Positions 8,634 to 18,510 of a DNA stretch of 32,000 bases are shown here, piece by piece. How positions within the stretch are numbered: position 1 is the first letter of the stretch; each line of letters starts with the position of its first letter. The translations under genes were made by a program, and so were the position numbers. A model generated the notes under the pieces. It did no database searches, was not told the origin of the DNA, and saw only the letters and a list, made by a program, of their open reading frames with translations. Source of the stretch: Acinetobacter wanghuae (lineage in GTDB: Bacteria > Pseudomonadota > Gammaproteobacteria > Pseudomonadales > Moraxellaceae); NCBI RefSeq assembly GCF_009557235.1, contig NZ_CP045650.1, forward strand, positions 1,230,001-1,262,000, written 5' to 3'.

Positions 8634-9509
8634 TTATGGGCGAATTATTTCTAAACTGTAATGATCGAAGCTATCTCGCTTGACTGGAAGCTCAAATTGA
8701 AATTTAAAAGGACTGTTTTGTGGAATGCGTTGAATGCTGCTTAGACTTTCAATTAAATATTGATTTGGCTCGAGTAAATAACTTTCGCTAATGACGCCCG
8801 CTTTTTTTAGATGGACACGTAATTTTGGCATGGCTAAGCTGCGTTCATGATAATTCATCAATTCACCAGAAAATTGAGTTTTATCTGGCTCAAGAGTAAC
8901 GAGCTTCACTTTACGTGTATGGATTAAATCGTAATGTTCCGCCAAGTTTGAACAATTAAACACGTCACAAATACTATTAAAAGCAGTACTCATAATGTGA
9001 CTGTTTTTGAGATATTGGGGATTAAACCAAAAGAATTGAAAAAGAAGAATACCTAGCAAGCCAAGATTTAAGATTCCCCACGTAAAATAATGGGCGAAAT
9101 TACGCTTATGGGTTTGCTCTTGTTGTGCTTCCCAATCAACAGCTGGCAAGACACTAATTGGCTCAGTGCTAAAATAATTTAAATTGTTGAGATAGGTTTT
9201 TAAATCGATATTCGAGTTTTCAACTTTTTGATTGAAAATATCTAATAAGGCATGCGCATCGGATGAATGCTGAAGCTGTGTGTTTGAACGTTGAAACCCT
9301 TCTTCTTGAATTGGAGTAAGGGATTCAACAGTCGGCTCAGATTGTAAATGGGTGACTGAGGGTTTAGGTTCAGTCACCAAATGGGATAACGCGTTAAAAG
9401 AGGTGGTGCATTTTGGACAGCAAACCATACCCTGAGCAATTGTCAGCTGAGCAACCGAAACTTTATAGGTTGTTGAGCAGGTCGGGCAGTAGGTTCTTTT
9501 GTCACTCAT
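8634..9509 (-). CDS. zinc-ribbon (MJ0042-type) / DUF3426-like membrane protein of unknown function
   Basis: 291 aa. N-terminal double CxxC finger CPTCSTTYKV...CCPKC, one predicted TM helix (FTWGILNLGLLGILLFQFFWF) and a C-terminal soluble domain. The position next to prmA matches the arrangement I recall for Pseudomonas. Confidence 0.75.
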   Translation of the reverse strand: MSDKRTYCPTCSTTYKVSVAQLTIAQGMVCCPKCTTSFNALSHLVTEPKPSVTHLQSEPTVESLTPIQEEGFQRSNTQLQHSSDAHALLDIFNQKVENSNIDLKTYLNNLNYFSTEPISVLPAVDWEAQQEQTHKRNFAHYFTWGILNLGLLGILLFQFFWFNPQYLKNSHIMSTAFNSICDVFNCSNLAEHYDLIHTRKVKLVTLEPDKTQFSGELMNYHERSLAMPKLRVHLKKAGVISESYLLEPNQYLIESLSSIQRIPQNSPFKFQFELPVKRDSFDHYSLEIIRP

Positions 9510-9527
9510 AAAATATATGCACGCTCT

Positions 9528-10430
9528 TTAGTTTTTATGGCGTTTGCCCGAAATACGGCACCAATATTCGTCACGCTTTTCGACTTCTAATATATCAAAA
9601 AATTCTGAATAAATACCAGAAACATCATCAACTTGTTCTTCAATAACACCCGCAAGTGCGAATTCTGCCTCAGGTTTAACTAAAGTTGCGAACTCAGGCG
9701 CAAGCATCATGAGTGGACCTGCAAGAATATTTGCTACAAAAACGTCCGCTTTGGTCGCACCAAGTTCATGATTAAATTCTTCAGGTAAACCCACATACAG
9801 ACGGTCAAGCACACCATTGAGTTCTGCATTTTGTTGGGTTGCTAATACCGCTTGCGGGTCAATATCAGTCGCATATGCTTTTTTTGCACCGAGTAATAAT
9901 GCTGCAACCGCTAAAATACCTGAACCACAACCATAGTCGATCACGATTTTGTCTTTTACATCGGTTTTACCTAACCACTGTAAGCAAAGGAAAGTCGACG
10001 CGTGATTCCCTGTACCAAAGGCTAAACCTGGATCGAGTTTGATATTTACGGCATCTGCATCGGGGGCTTGCATCCATTCAGGCACAATCCAGAATTTTTC
10101 CGCAATTTGGATCGGCTCGTAAGCATCCATCCATGTGCGTTCCCATTCTTGATCTTCCATGAACTCATGGCGTAAAGGTGCTTCTGGCATTTGTGCAGTA
10201 ATAAAGGTCACGATGGCATCGACATCAATGGCTTCGTCATCTTCTTGTGCGTAGATACCCGTCACAATGACTTTATTCCAAAGCGGTGTTTCACCCGGAA
10301 GTGGTTCAAGTAAGTCCTGATTTTCAGCATCATCTAAGGTAACACTCACTGCACCTAAAGAACTCAGCAGTGTCTCAGTGTAGTCCACTTGAGCTTGATC
10401 AACAGTAATATGAATTTGTAACCACTTCAC
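9528..10430 (-). CDS. prmA: ribosomal protein L11 methyltransferase
   Basis: 300 aa with N-terminus MKWLQIHI and SAM-binding motif [13 protein letters not shown]. Length and architecture fit PrmA. Confidence 0.92.
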   Translation of the reverse strand: MKWLQIHITVDQAQVDYTETLLSSLGAVSVTLDDAENQDLLEPLPGETPLWNKVIVTGIYAQEDDEAIDVDAIVTFITAQMPEAPLRHEFMEDQEWERTWMDAYEPIQIAEKFWIVPEWMQAPDADAVNIKLDPGLAFGTGNHASTFLCLQWLGKTDVKDKIVIDYGCGSGILAVAALLLGAKKAYATDIDPQAVLATQQNAELNGVLDRLYVGLPEEFNHELGATKADVFVANILAGPLMMLAPEFATLVKPEAEFALAGVIEEQVDDVSGIYSEFFDILEVEKRDEYWCRISGKRHKN

Positions 10431-10510
10431 AGAAATAACCTTAATGTTCTTTTTAAAAAGCTATTGTAGCGGAAGTTTTTAGCTTCTGCTGCTTTCTTCA
10501 AGCCAACTTG

Positions 10511-10544
10511 AAAAAATAAAGAGATGCGAATGGGGCATCTCTTT
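10511..10544 (-). terminator. rho-independent terminator downstream of the first BASS gene
   Basis: 10-bp perfect stem AAAGAGATGC (10518-10527) / GCATCTCTTT (10535-10544) with a 7-nt loop. The minus strand continues TTTATTTTTT. Confidence 0.8.
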
Positions 10545-10551
10545 ATCTAGA

Positions 10552-11445
10552 TCACGCATTTATTGGCTTTTCGGGTAAACTTTCAGCTTCGACGGGTGCA
10601 AAGCGATTGAGTAACATCCCAAAGATGGCTGCAAAAATATACATAAAGATCGAATATACAGCAGCGGGCATTGCAATGGCAGAACTAGAGAGCACAGTTA
10701 AGGCAATGGTCATGGCAAGCGTACTGTTATGAATACCAATTTCAAAGGCAGAGGCACGCGCTTGTTTGCTATTAATGTTCATTAAACGTGGTACAAAATA
10801 ACCAATGGCTAAACTAAATAAACAGAACAAGGCTGTTGCAAAGCCAACTTGGGCTAAATAAGTGGCAATGTTGGCACGTTCACTCATAATTGCACCGACA
10901 ATAATCAGAATTAAAAAGGTTACTGCGAAGATACGTAAAGGCTTATTCAGTTTTTCAGTAAGCTTCGGTGCATAGTGTCGAATGAGCATACCAATCGCGA
11001 CAGGAATAATGATAATGCCAAAGACTTGTAAGATTTTTCCAAACTGAAGACTGACCTGTTGACTGTCTTGCATAAAGTGCAGAATGGCAAAGTTGACAAT
11101 AAAAGGTAAGGTGAGGGCTGCAATAACTGAATTAATGGCGGTTAAAGTAATATTTAACGCCAAATCACCTTTAAATAAATAGCTAAATAAATTTGCTGTG
11201 CTGCCTCCCGGTGATGCGGCAAGCAGCATTAAGCCGACTGCTAAGAGTGGTGGTAAGCTAAAAATTTTACATAAAAGAAAAGCAATACCGACTAAAAGTA
11301 CCAATTGACAAAAAAGAGCCACCAAGACCGCTTTAGGATGTTTCGTCACGCGTGCGAAATCTTTAAGCGTCAGCTCTAAGCCTAAACCAATCATAATGAT
11401 GGCAAGTGCGAGCGGTAATAAAATCGTGATAATGCCAGAATCCAT
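10552..11445 (-). CDS. bile acid:sodium symporter (BASS/SBF) family transporter, paralog 1
   Basis: Polytopic protein with GLGLELTLKDF and LLAASPGGSTANLFSY motifs. I place the start at the second ATG (MDSGII) because AAGGAG lies about 7 nt upstream of it and it aligns with the paralog start MDSVFF. The track ORF starts 2 codons earlier (11451). Confidence 0.85.
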   Translation of the reverse strand: MDSGIITILLPLALAIIMIGLGLELTLKDFARVTKHPKAVLVALFCQLVLLVGIAFLLCKIFSLPPLLAVGLMLLAASPGGSTANLFSYLFKGDLALNITLTAINSVIAALTLPFIVNFAILHFMQDSQQVSLQFGKILQVFGIIIIPVAIGMLIRHYAPKLTEKLNKPLRIFAVTFLILIIVGAIMSERANIATYLAQVGFATALFCLFSLAIGYFVPRLMNINSKQARASAFEIGIHNSTLAMTIALTVLSSSAIAMPAAVYSIFMYIFAAIFGMLLNRFAPVEAESLPEKPINA

Positions 11446-11530
11446 CTGCATACTCCTTGAATGATTATTATATCTTTATCGTTTTTTACGTTTATAGCAT
11501 AGCGATGTTTTGGTCGCTGTCATCTGTGTG

Positions 11531-12421
11531 TTACAAATCTAATGAGCCGTTTTTTGGAGTTGCAAGAACGCGAGGTTGCCGGCTGATTAAAAAACCAAAA
11601 ATGCTCGCAAAGCTGTACATGATCAGCGTGTACATTCCTGCTGGAACGGCAATCATGACATTTTCCATCACTGAAAGTGCCATTGTCATTGCTATGGCGG
11701 TGTTGTGGATGCCAATTTCAAAACTGCAGGCGCGTGCCTGCCGATCTGGAATACCCATTAACAGCGGCACGCAATAACCAATAAATAGGCTGGCAAAACA
11801 AAACAGGATCATTGCAATACCCACGCTTTCGAAATATTCATATAAATGATAGCGTTCTTGAAAGCTGGCAAAGCTAAACAACAAGATCAGAAAAGAAATC
11901 GAAAATATTCGCATCGGACGATGCATTGTTTTGGAGAGTGCGGGAAATTTCGCACGGATCCACATGCCCAATAGCACGGGTACCGCCATAATCATAAAGA
12001 CCTGAACAATACGAATCGTTGGTAACACCACATTTTCATGTTGCTCTACAAAGTAGACTAACGACATTTTTATAATAAAAGGTAAGGTGAAGATTGAAAC
12101 CAAAGTGTTCAGTGCAGTGATGGTGATATTGAGCGCAATATCGCCCTGATATAAATAGCTAAACAAACTGGCGGTTGGTCCACCCGGTGAGCCTGCAAGC
12201 AGCATTAAACCGACGGCAAGCAAAGGCGGTAAGTGAAGGACAATGCAAATTAAAAAAGCGATACTGGTCAAAATCACCAATTGTGAAAACAAAGCCACGA
12301 AAATGACTTTTGGATAGCGACTTACCCGTAAAAAATCTTGAATGCTGAGCTCAAGTCCGAGCCCCATCATCATGACCGCAAGTAAAATCGGCAATAAAAA
12401 TATAAAGAAAACCGAATCCAT
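11531..12421 (-). CDS. bile acid:sodium symporter (BASS/SBF) family transporter, paralog 2
   Basis: 296 aa, colinear with paralog 1 along its full length and identical at roughly half the positions by eye (GLGLELSIQDF, LLAGSPGGPTASLFSY, FEIGIHN). Confidence 0.85.
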   Translation of the reverse strand: MDSVFFIFLLPILLAVMMMGLGLELSIQDFLRVSRYPKVIFVALFSQLVILTSIAFLICIVLHLPPLLAVGLMLLAGSPGGPTASLFSYLYQGDIALNITITALNTLVSIFTLPFIIKMSLVYFVEQHENVVLPTIRIVQVFMIMAVPVLLGMWIRAKFPALSKTMHRPMRIFSISFLILLFSFASFQERYHLYEYFESVGIAMILFCFASLFIGYCVPLLMGIPDRQARACSFEIGIHNTAIAMTMALSVMENVMIAVPAGMYTLIMYSFASIFGFLISRQPRVLATPKNGSLDL

Positions 12422-12553
12422 GGATATTCCTTTTTATTATTGATTATGTTTATTATTTTAAATATAAATGAGATTAAAGAATAAGCAAGTAGTGATAGAT
12501 CAACATCCATGTCAATCTATCGGATAAAAATAGCACTACGGTTATTATGATGA

Positions 12554-12898
12554 TTAGCGTGGACGAGGTGGGGTAAAGCCAAGGCTACATTTTCCTTTTA
12601 CTTCTTGACCATTGATAGTGGCAGTTGTTGCACCTGTCACGCCTTGGCAAGTGCTGTAAATTTCAGCTTCATTGCCCATCATGCCATTTTTGTTGGATGA
12701 GAAAAATTGTTGCTCACACGTCCCATTCCAGATAATACCGCGATGGGCAAAAGTCACCGCATCGCCAGCAGATTTTCCTTTACAAACCTTTTGATAGAGA
12801 TTGGCATCATAGACTTTTGCAACTTTATCATTGGCGAAAGCCATGGGGCTTAACGCAAAACCACTCATGATGAGGGCACAGAACACTTGAGATTTCAC
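12554..12898 (-). CDS. hypothetical secreted protein, 4 Cys in the mature part
   Basis: 114 aa. GTG start with AGGAGA 5 nt upstream. Signal peptide MKSQVFCALIMSGFALSPMAFA/ND. The mature part has four spaced Cys and a PPRPR tail. I recognise no family. Confidence 0.6.
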   Translation of the reverse strand: MKSQVFCALIMSGFALSPMAFANDKVAKVYDANLYQKVCKGKSAGDAVTFAHRGIIWNGTCEQQFFSSNKNGMMGNEAEIYSTCQGVTGATTATINGQEVKGKCSLGFTPPRPR

Positions 12899-13073
12899 TT
12901 GATTCTCCTTGTTAAACGAAATGTCTATTCCATCTTAGGAGCTTGAAAGTGACATACAACGGGCTTAGCGTTATCAGCATGGCTTATTTGTAGCGTTATT
13001 TTATACATATGCAATAAAAGTCATTTAAATGTTGAGATCTCCTCTGCACAGGCAGCAATAATTTCAACGGAAT

Positions 13074-13104
13074 TTATCAATATTCGGACGAAGTTTGCTA
13101 TAAT
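13074..13104 (+). promoter_or_regulatory. candidate sigma70 promoter for mnmG (extended -10)
   Basis: TGcTATAAT at 13096-13104, a weak -35 around 13074-13081, 36 nt upstream of the mnmG ATG. Confidence 0.35.
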
Positions 13105-13139
13105 GTTCAGCTATTCTTTTATTCTCTCAATTTACCACT

Positions 13140-15020
13140 ATGCATTATCCTAAAGTATACGATGTCATTGTGATCGGTGGCGGTCACGCAGGTACGGAAG
13201 CGGCTTTGGCTGCAGCGCGTATGGGTCGACAGACTTTACTCTTAACTCACAACATTGAGACTTTGGGGCAGATGAGCTGTAACCCAGCCATCGGTGGTAT
13301 TGGTAAATCACATTTGGTACGTGAAATTGATGCTTTGGGCGGTGCAATGGCATTGGCTGCCGACAAAGGCGGTATTCAATTCCGTATTCTAAACTCACGT
13401 AAAGGTGCTGCTGTTCGTGCAACACGTGCACAAGCGGATCGTATTCGTTATAAAGCAGCCATTCGTGAAACCTTAGAAAACCAAGCGAACTTGGATATTT
13501 TCCAACAATCTGCAGATGACCTCATTCTTGAAGGCGATACCGTTAAAGGTGTTGTTACTCAAATGGGTATTCGCTTCGATGCGAAAACAGTTGTCTTGAC
13601 TGCGGGTACATTCTTGGGCGGCGTGATTCACGTGGGTCTAAACAATGCATCAGGCGGTCGTGCTGGCGATCCACCGTCAATTTCGTTGGCTGCGCGTCTA
13701 CGTGAATTGAATTTGCCTGTGGGTCGTTTAAAAACAGGTACGCCACCACGTATTGACGCACGTTCAGTTGATTTCTCTGTGATGACTGCACAACCGGGTG
13801 ATTTCCCATCACCGACGATGTCATTTATGGGCGATGCATCAATGCACCCTGAACAAGTGAATTGCTATATCACGCATACCAATGAGCGTACTCACGACAT
13901 TATTCGTGGTGGTTTAGACCGTTCACCAATGTACACGGGTAAAATTGAAGGTGTTGGTCCACGTTACTGCCCATCTATTGAAGATAAAATTCATAAATTT
14001 GCTGATAAAGACTCGCATCAAGTATTCCTTGAGCCTGAAGGCTTAGATACGCACGAGCTTTATCCAAATGGTATTTCAACATCGCTTCCATTTGATGTTC
14101 AGTTTGAGCTTGTTCGCTCAATTCGTGGTATGGAAAATGCTCACATTTTACGTCCGGGTTATGCAATTGAATACGATTATTTCAATCCACAAGCATTGAA
14201 ATTTACCCTTGAAACCAAAGCAATTAATAACTTGTACTTTGCCGGTCAAATTAACGGTACAACAGGTTATGAAGAAGCCGGTGCACAAGGTCTACTTGCA
14301 GGTCTAAACGCCGCACGTCGTGCTTGGGATCAAGAACAATGGACACCAAAACGTGATGAAGCGTACATGGGTGTGCTTGTCGATGACCTAATCACTCTAG
14401 GTACCAAAGAACCGTACCGTATGTTCACTTCACGTGCCGAATACCGTTTGATGTTGCGTGAAGACAACGCAGATCAACGTTTAACAGCCATTGGTCGTGA
14501 AATGGGTCTTGTGGATGATACGCGTTGGGCGGCTTATTGCGAGAAAATGGAAGCTGTTGAAAAAGAAAAAGGTCGTTTACAACATCTTTGGGCAGCGCCA
14601 AATAATCCAATGGGTAAAAAATTCGTTGAGATGACCGGTGCTGATTTATCGAAAGAATGTTCAGCAATTGATTTGCTGAAACGTCCAAATATCACTTTCG
14701 CACAAATTGCTGAGTTAACTGGTTCTGAAGTAACGCCGTTTGTCGGTGAGCAAATTGAAATTGCAGTGAAATACGAAGGTTATATTAACCGTCAGCAAGA
14801 AGACGTTGCACAAATGAAACGTCTTGAAGAAACACGTATTCCAAGTGATTTCGATTATGACATCGTATCTGGCTTGTCTCGTGAAATTACACTTAAGCTT
14901 AAAGATGTACGTCCTGAAACACTTGCGCAAGCAAGTCGTATTCCGGGGGTAACACCGGCAGCCGTTCAATTGGTGATGATTACGATTCGTAAAAATAATC
15001 AAGCGAAAAAATCTGCTTAA
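13140..15020 (+). CDS. mnmG: tRNA uridine 5-carboxymethylaminomethyl modification enzyme
   Basis: 626 aa. FAD-binding N-terminus [23 protein letters not shown], and colinear with GidA/MnmG throughout. Confidence 0.96.
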   Translation: MHYPKVYDVIVIGGGHAGTEAALAAARMGRQTLLLTHNIETLGQMSCNPAIGGIGKSHLVREIDALGGAMALAADKGGIQFRILNSRKGAAVRATRAQADRIRYKAAIRETLENQANLDIFQQSADDLILEGDTVKGVVTQMGIRFDAKTVVLTAGTFLGGVIHVGLNNASGGRAGDPPSISLAARLRELNLPVGRLKTGTPPRIDARSVDFSVMTAQPGDFPSPTMSFMGDASMHPEQVNCYITHTNERTHDIIRGGLDRSPMYTGKIEGVGPRYCPSIEDKIHKFADKDSHQVFLEPEGLDTHELYPNGISTSLPFDVQFELVRSIRGMENAHILRPGYAIEYDYFNPQALKFTLETKAINNLYFAGQINGTTGYEEAGAQGLLAGLNAARRAWDQEQWTPKRDEAYMGVLVDDLITLGTKEPYRMFTSRAEYRLMLREDNADQRLTAIGREMGLVDDTRWAAYCEKMEAVEKEKGRLQHLWAAPNNPMGKKFVEMTGADLSKECSAIDLLKRPNITFAQIAELTGSEVTPFVGEQIEIAVKYEGYINRQQEDVAQMKRLEETRIPSDFDYDIVSGLSREITLKLKDVRPETLAQASRIPGVTPAAVQLVMITIRKNNQAKKSA

Positions 15021-15038
15021 TATTTGAAGTTTAGAAAA

Positions 15039-15062
15039 CCCGCGTAATGCGGGTTTTTTTTT
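15039..15062 (+). terminator. rho-independent terminator after mnmG
   Basis: Stem CCCGC (15039-15043) / GCGGG (15049-15053) with a 5-nt loop, followed by T9. Confidence 0.8.
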
Positions 15063-15094
15063 ATGGTGGAATAGAACAGTTATTTTACAATCTA

Positions 15095-15127
15095 CCTCTC
15101 CCTGACCCTCTCCTAAAAGGAGAGGGA
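15095..15127. repeat. REP-like extragenic palindromic element (single copy in this window)
   Basis: CCTCTCCCTGACCCTCTCCTAAAAGGAGAGGGA. A 9-bp hairpin CCCTCTCCT (15106-15114) / AGGAGAGGG (15118-15126) is preceded by a direct half-copy CCTCTCCCT. This CT-rich GGAGAGGG-type palindrome resembles intergenic REP elements seen in many proteobacteria. Confidence 0.5.
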
Positions 15128-15206
15128 AATCTATTGTTATGATGATTAGATTTTTGATTCATTGCTTTGCTAAAATAGCTAAAGTCCCAAATAATAGTTA
15201 TGAAAG

Positions 15207-15533
15207 ATGCCATACCAACTTGTAGAACTCGATATTCAAGCCACTGACAATATTGCTTGCCCACATTGTCATCAAGAGATTATTAACTGGCAAGAAGAAC
15301 AATACGTGCAGCCGTGTGAACATACCTTATTTATCGCTATGGATATTGGTTTTGAATACATCACTGATGAATTTGAACAAACCATGCAAAAAACTGTTGA
15401 TGAACTGCATGCCAATGATGACATTGTGGATATGTTTGAAGAAATTAGCCTAAGTACTTATCCAAGTTATTTAATTTTAAAATCAGATTTAGGCGCGGCA
15501 GGATATTCGAGATATATCGGTTTGACGGTTTAA
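15207..15533 (+). CDS. hypothetical small acidic protein with CxxC...CxH motif
   Basis: 108 aa. CPHCHQEIINWQEEQYVQPCEH suggests a zinc knuckle, and the protein is strongly acidic (many D/E). Codon pattern looks coding. The SD is weak. A terminator follows 15 nt after the stop. Confidence 0.55.
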   Translation: MPYQLVELDIQATDNIACPHCHQEIINWQEEQYVQPCEHTLFIAMDIGFEYITDEFEQTMQKTVDELHANDDIVDMFEEISLSTYPSYLILKSDLGAAGYSRYIGLTV

Positions 15534-15547
15534 AAGTTTTATAAAAT

Positions 15548-15573
15548 AAAAAAGCACCTTCGGGTGCTTTTTT
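15548..15573. terminator. bidirectional rho-independent terminator (15207 ORF / ntrC)
   Basis: Stem AAAAGCACC (15550-15558) / GGTGCTTTT (15563-15571) closed by a TTCG tetraloop, with an A-run on one side and a T-run on the other. Confidence 0.85.
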
Positions 15574-15587
15574 ATTTTTAGGCTGAA

Positions 15588-17063
15588 TTAGCTTTCAAGT
15601 TCTTCTTCAACGTCATCTTCTGTTGAATCCATACCCAATTCTTTTAGTTTACGAGTCAGTGTATTACGACCCCAACCCAAAAGTTCAGCAGCATGACGTT
15701 TACGTCCACGACTTTGTTGAAGGGCGGCATTAATCAAGGTGCGCTCAAATAATGGCGTTGCAATATCCAAGATTTTCATTTCGCCATTTTTAAGCTTTTG
15801 TAACGCCCATTGACCCAATAATTCATCCCATTGATGTAACGTAATTGGATTTAAATTGGCAATAGGTGTGCCTAAATCAAGTTCTTGAATTGGAATTTGT
15901 TTCAGTTCTGGTGGTAAATCTTCAGGATAAACTTCACGCCCCGTAATCATGACGGTGAGCCAACGACAGGTATTTTCAAGCTGACGCACATTACCTTGCC
16001 ATGGCAATTTCTGCATATATTCTTGCGTTTCAGGACGTAGAATCTTCGGATTCACCCCAAGTTCTTTACCCGCACGTGCTAAGAAATGCTGTGCCAACAT
16101 TGGAATATCTTCTGAACGATGTGCCAACTTTGGAATATGAATACGAATCACATTTAGACGGTGATACAAGTCTTCACGGAAACGACCATCATGTACTAGT
16201 TTTTCAAGGTCTTGATGGGTCGCGGCAACAATACGCACATTCACTTTCACTGGAATATGCCCGCCAACACGGTAAAACTCACCATCTGCCAAAACACGAA
16301 GTAAGCGTGTTTGTGTTTCAAATGGCATATCACCGATTTCATCTAAAAACAGTGTGCCGCCATTGGCTTGTTCAAAACGTCCTTGACGTTGACTATTCGC
16401 ACCAGTGAATGCACCTTTTTCATGACCGAATAATTCAGTTTCAATCAGGTCTTTTGGAATCGCTGCCATGTTGAGCGCAATAAATGGCTTGCTGCTACGC
16501 GGTGAGTGGCGATGTAACGCATGTGCGACTAACTCTTTACCCGTACCTGATTCACCATTAATCAAAACCGTAATGTGCGATTGGGATAAACGACCAATCG
16601 CACGGAATACTTCCTGCATCGCAGGTGATTCACCGATAATCTCAGTCGACTGAATGGTTGGAGCTGTTTTCGCAGATTCCTGCTGCTGTAATTTAGTAAT
16701 GTGCAAAATCGCACGATTCACTAATGCTAGCGCTTCATCAATATCAAATGGTTTTGGTAGATATTCGAATGCACCTGTTTGATAACTAGATACCGCAGAT
16801 TCAAGATCTGAATGTGCTGTCATAATAATGACAGGCAGGTCGGGGTAATTATTTTTGACTTTGCCTAAAAAGGTCAAACCATCAATACCCGGCATGCGAA
16901 TATCAGTGAGAATCACATCAGGAGCGTCAATACTGAGTTGATCAAGTGCTGATTGCGCTTCTTCAAAGCTGCTGACGTCAAAGCCTTCTTCTTTAAATGT
17001 TTTTTCTAGTACCCAACGCATGGCACGATCGTCATCAATGACCCATATTTTATTTCGCGACAT
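15588..17063 (-). CDS. glnG: sigma54-dependent nitrogen response regulator NtrC
   Basis: 491 aa from ATG 17063 ([12 protein letters not shown]). Receiver domain, AAA+ core ([14 protein letters not shown]) and C-terminal Fis-type HTH. The track ORF extends 21 codons further into ntrB, which I reject. Confidence 0.9.
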   Translation of the reverse strand: MSRNKIWVIDDDRAMRWVLEKTFKEEGFDVSSFEEAQSALDQLSIDAPDVILTDIRMPGIDGLTFLGKVKNNYPDLPVIIMTAHSDLESAVSSYQTGAFEYLPKPFDIDEALALVNRAILHITKLQQQESAKTAPTIQSTEIIGESPAMQEVFRAIGRLSQSHITVLINGESGTGKELVAHALHRHSPRSSKPFIALNMAAIPKDLIETELFGHEKGAFTGANSQRQGRFEQANGGTLFLDEIGDMPFETQTRLLRVLADGEFYRVGGHIPVKVNVRIVAATHQDLEKLVHDGRFREDLYHRLNVIRIHIPKLAHRSEDIPMLAQHFLARAGKELGVNPKILRPETQEYMQKLPWQGNVRQLENTCRWLTVMITGREVYPEDLPPELKQIPIQELDLGTPIANLNPITLHQWDELLGQWALQKLKNGEMKILDIATPLFERTLINAALQQSRGRKRHAAELLGWGRNTLTRKLKELGMDSTEDDVEEELES

Positions 17064-18204
17064 GATTCGACTCCCAAGGTAAATATAAGCTAAAGACTGT
17101 TTTTTCTGGAACCGATTGGCAGGCAATCATTCCGTTATGTTGATGTATGATGTTTTGTGCAATGCTCAAACCCAGACCTGTTCCTTTGGCACGGCTTGTG
17201 ACTAGTGGATAAAATACCGATTCAAGAATATCTTCAGGAACGCCCGGACCATTGTCTTCAATATCAATTCGAATGACAGAACGATGAATGACACCATTAA
17301 TCGTAAATAAACGTTGAATACGGGTACGTAAAATTAGTTCAGGTTGATGGTAAACAAAGAATTCTTTGTTTTCAGTCATGGCTTGAACTGCATTGGCGCA
17401 AATATTCAACATCACTTGAATCAATTGATCACGATCTGCCAAGATTTCAGGCAATGACAAATCATAATCACGGGTAATTTTAATTTTCTTTTTAGTTTGA
17501 TTGGCAATGAGTGAGCGGACGCGTTCAAGTGGCTCATGAATATTGACCAATTCATAACTCGGCAGTTGACGTGAACCGAGCATGCTATCTGCCAAGGTTC
17601 TTAGGCGGTCAACTTCACTAATAATAATATCGGTAAATTCTTTATATTCAGGATTGTCGAGACTACGTGCTAAAAGTTGTGTCGCACCGCGAATGCCGCC
17701 CAAGGGATTTTTAATTTCATGTGCGACGCCACGAATCAGTTGACGTGCGACTTGATGTTGTTGAATGAAATTCTCTTCACGAGAAATTTTCAACATACGA
17801 TCAATCGGGTTGAGTTCGATCAACAATAAAGGATGATAAGGTCGACCAGCATTAAGTTGAGAAACCGTATAATCGACATGAATATCTTTAAAGTTTACAT
17901 TGATGGTCGCTTCACGGCGTGTATAGGGTTGACCTGAGTTCAATGTGTTATTCAGTGCTTCTTCGGTCTTAAATTCATCGGTTGGAATATGTAAAATATT
18001 AAGAACGGGCGTGCCAGAAGCTCTTAACAGACTAATATCAAATAAAGTTTCACAAGCTGAATTTAGATAGAAAATATTCAAATTGCTATCGACGAGCAAA
18101 ATTGCAGTAGTCAAATTGTCCACCAATAGGCGATAGTCAATCAGATTAGGCTGATCCATTAGCGGAGATTTTCCTGTATTAACATGGCGCAATGGCATCT
18201 TCAT
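17050..18204 (-). CDS. glnL: nitrogen regulation sensor histidine kinase NtrB
   Basis: N-terminal PAS-like region, H-box HEIKNPLGGIRGATQLL, N and G boxes (DNGPGVP, GTGLGLSIA). The stop overlaps the ntrC start by 14 nt. The true start may be the internal ATG at 18159 (MDQPNLIDY). Confidence 0.88.
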   Translation of the reverse strand: MKMPLRHVNTGKSPLMDQPNLIDYRLLVDNLTTAILLVDSNLNIFYLNSACETLFDISLLRASGTPVLNILHIPTDEFKTEEALNNTLNSGQPYTRREATINVNFKDIHVDYTVSQLNAGRPYHPLLLIELNPIDRMLKISREENFIQQHQVARQLIRGVAHEIKNPLGGIRGATQLLARSLDNPEYKEFTDIIISEVDRLRTLADSMLGSRQLPSYELVNIHEPLERVRSLIANQTKKKIKITRDYDLSLPEILADRDQLIQVMLNICANAVQAMTENKEFFVYHQPELILRTRIQRLFTINGVIHRSVIRIDIEDNGPGVPEDILESVFYPLVTSRAKGTGLGLSIAQNIIHQHNGMIACQSVPEKTVFSLYLPWESNHVAK

Positions 18205-18510
18205 AGAGCAAAAAAATAAGTCTTAAGTTCTGATTTGATGCAAAACAAGCAAAATGTACGCCAACTTTTATAAATGCAAATTATTAATGTGATAAAAATG
18301 CGCTAAATATGCCGAAGCATCGCATTCCACCCAAGATATAACGGATTAAAACAGGGAAGTAAATTAAAAATGTCCTAAAAAGGTGCATTCAAGTTTATAT
18401 TGAATATTTTGTAGCTTTATTTTGGTGCGTAAAGGAAAGAGTCGGCTTTTCAACTATTTTTATGACGCGAAAAGACATACAATACGCGCATTATAGTGGA
18501 GTGCAGATTC

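Noticed and set aside
12899-13139. Possible replication origin next to mnmG (gidA), as in E. coli.
   Set aside because: There are only degenerate DnaA-box-like strings (TTATCAGCA, TTATCAATA). I see no cluster of consensus TTATCCACA boxes, no AT-rich 13-mer array and a single GATC. The interval looks like an ordinary divergent promoter region.
18371-18387. NtrC-binding dyad TGTCCT-N5-GGTGCA, and a sigma54 promoter, upstream of ntrB.
   Set aside because: Only one half-site matches the consensus TGCACC-N5-GGTGCA. No TGGCAC-N5-TTGCA element is present on the ntrB strand within 18205-18510.
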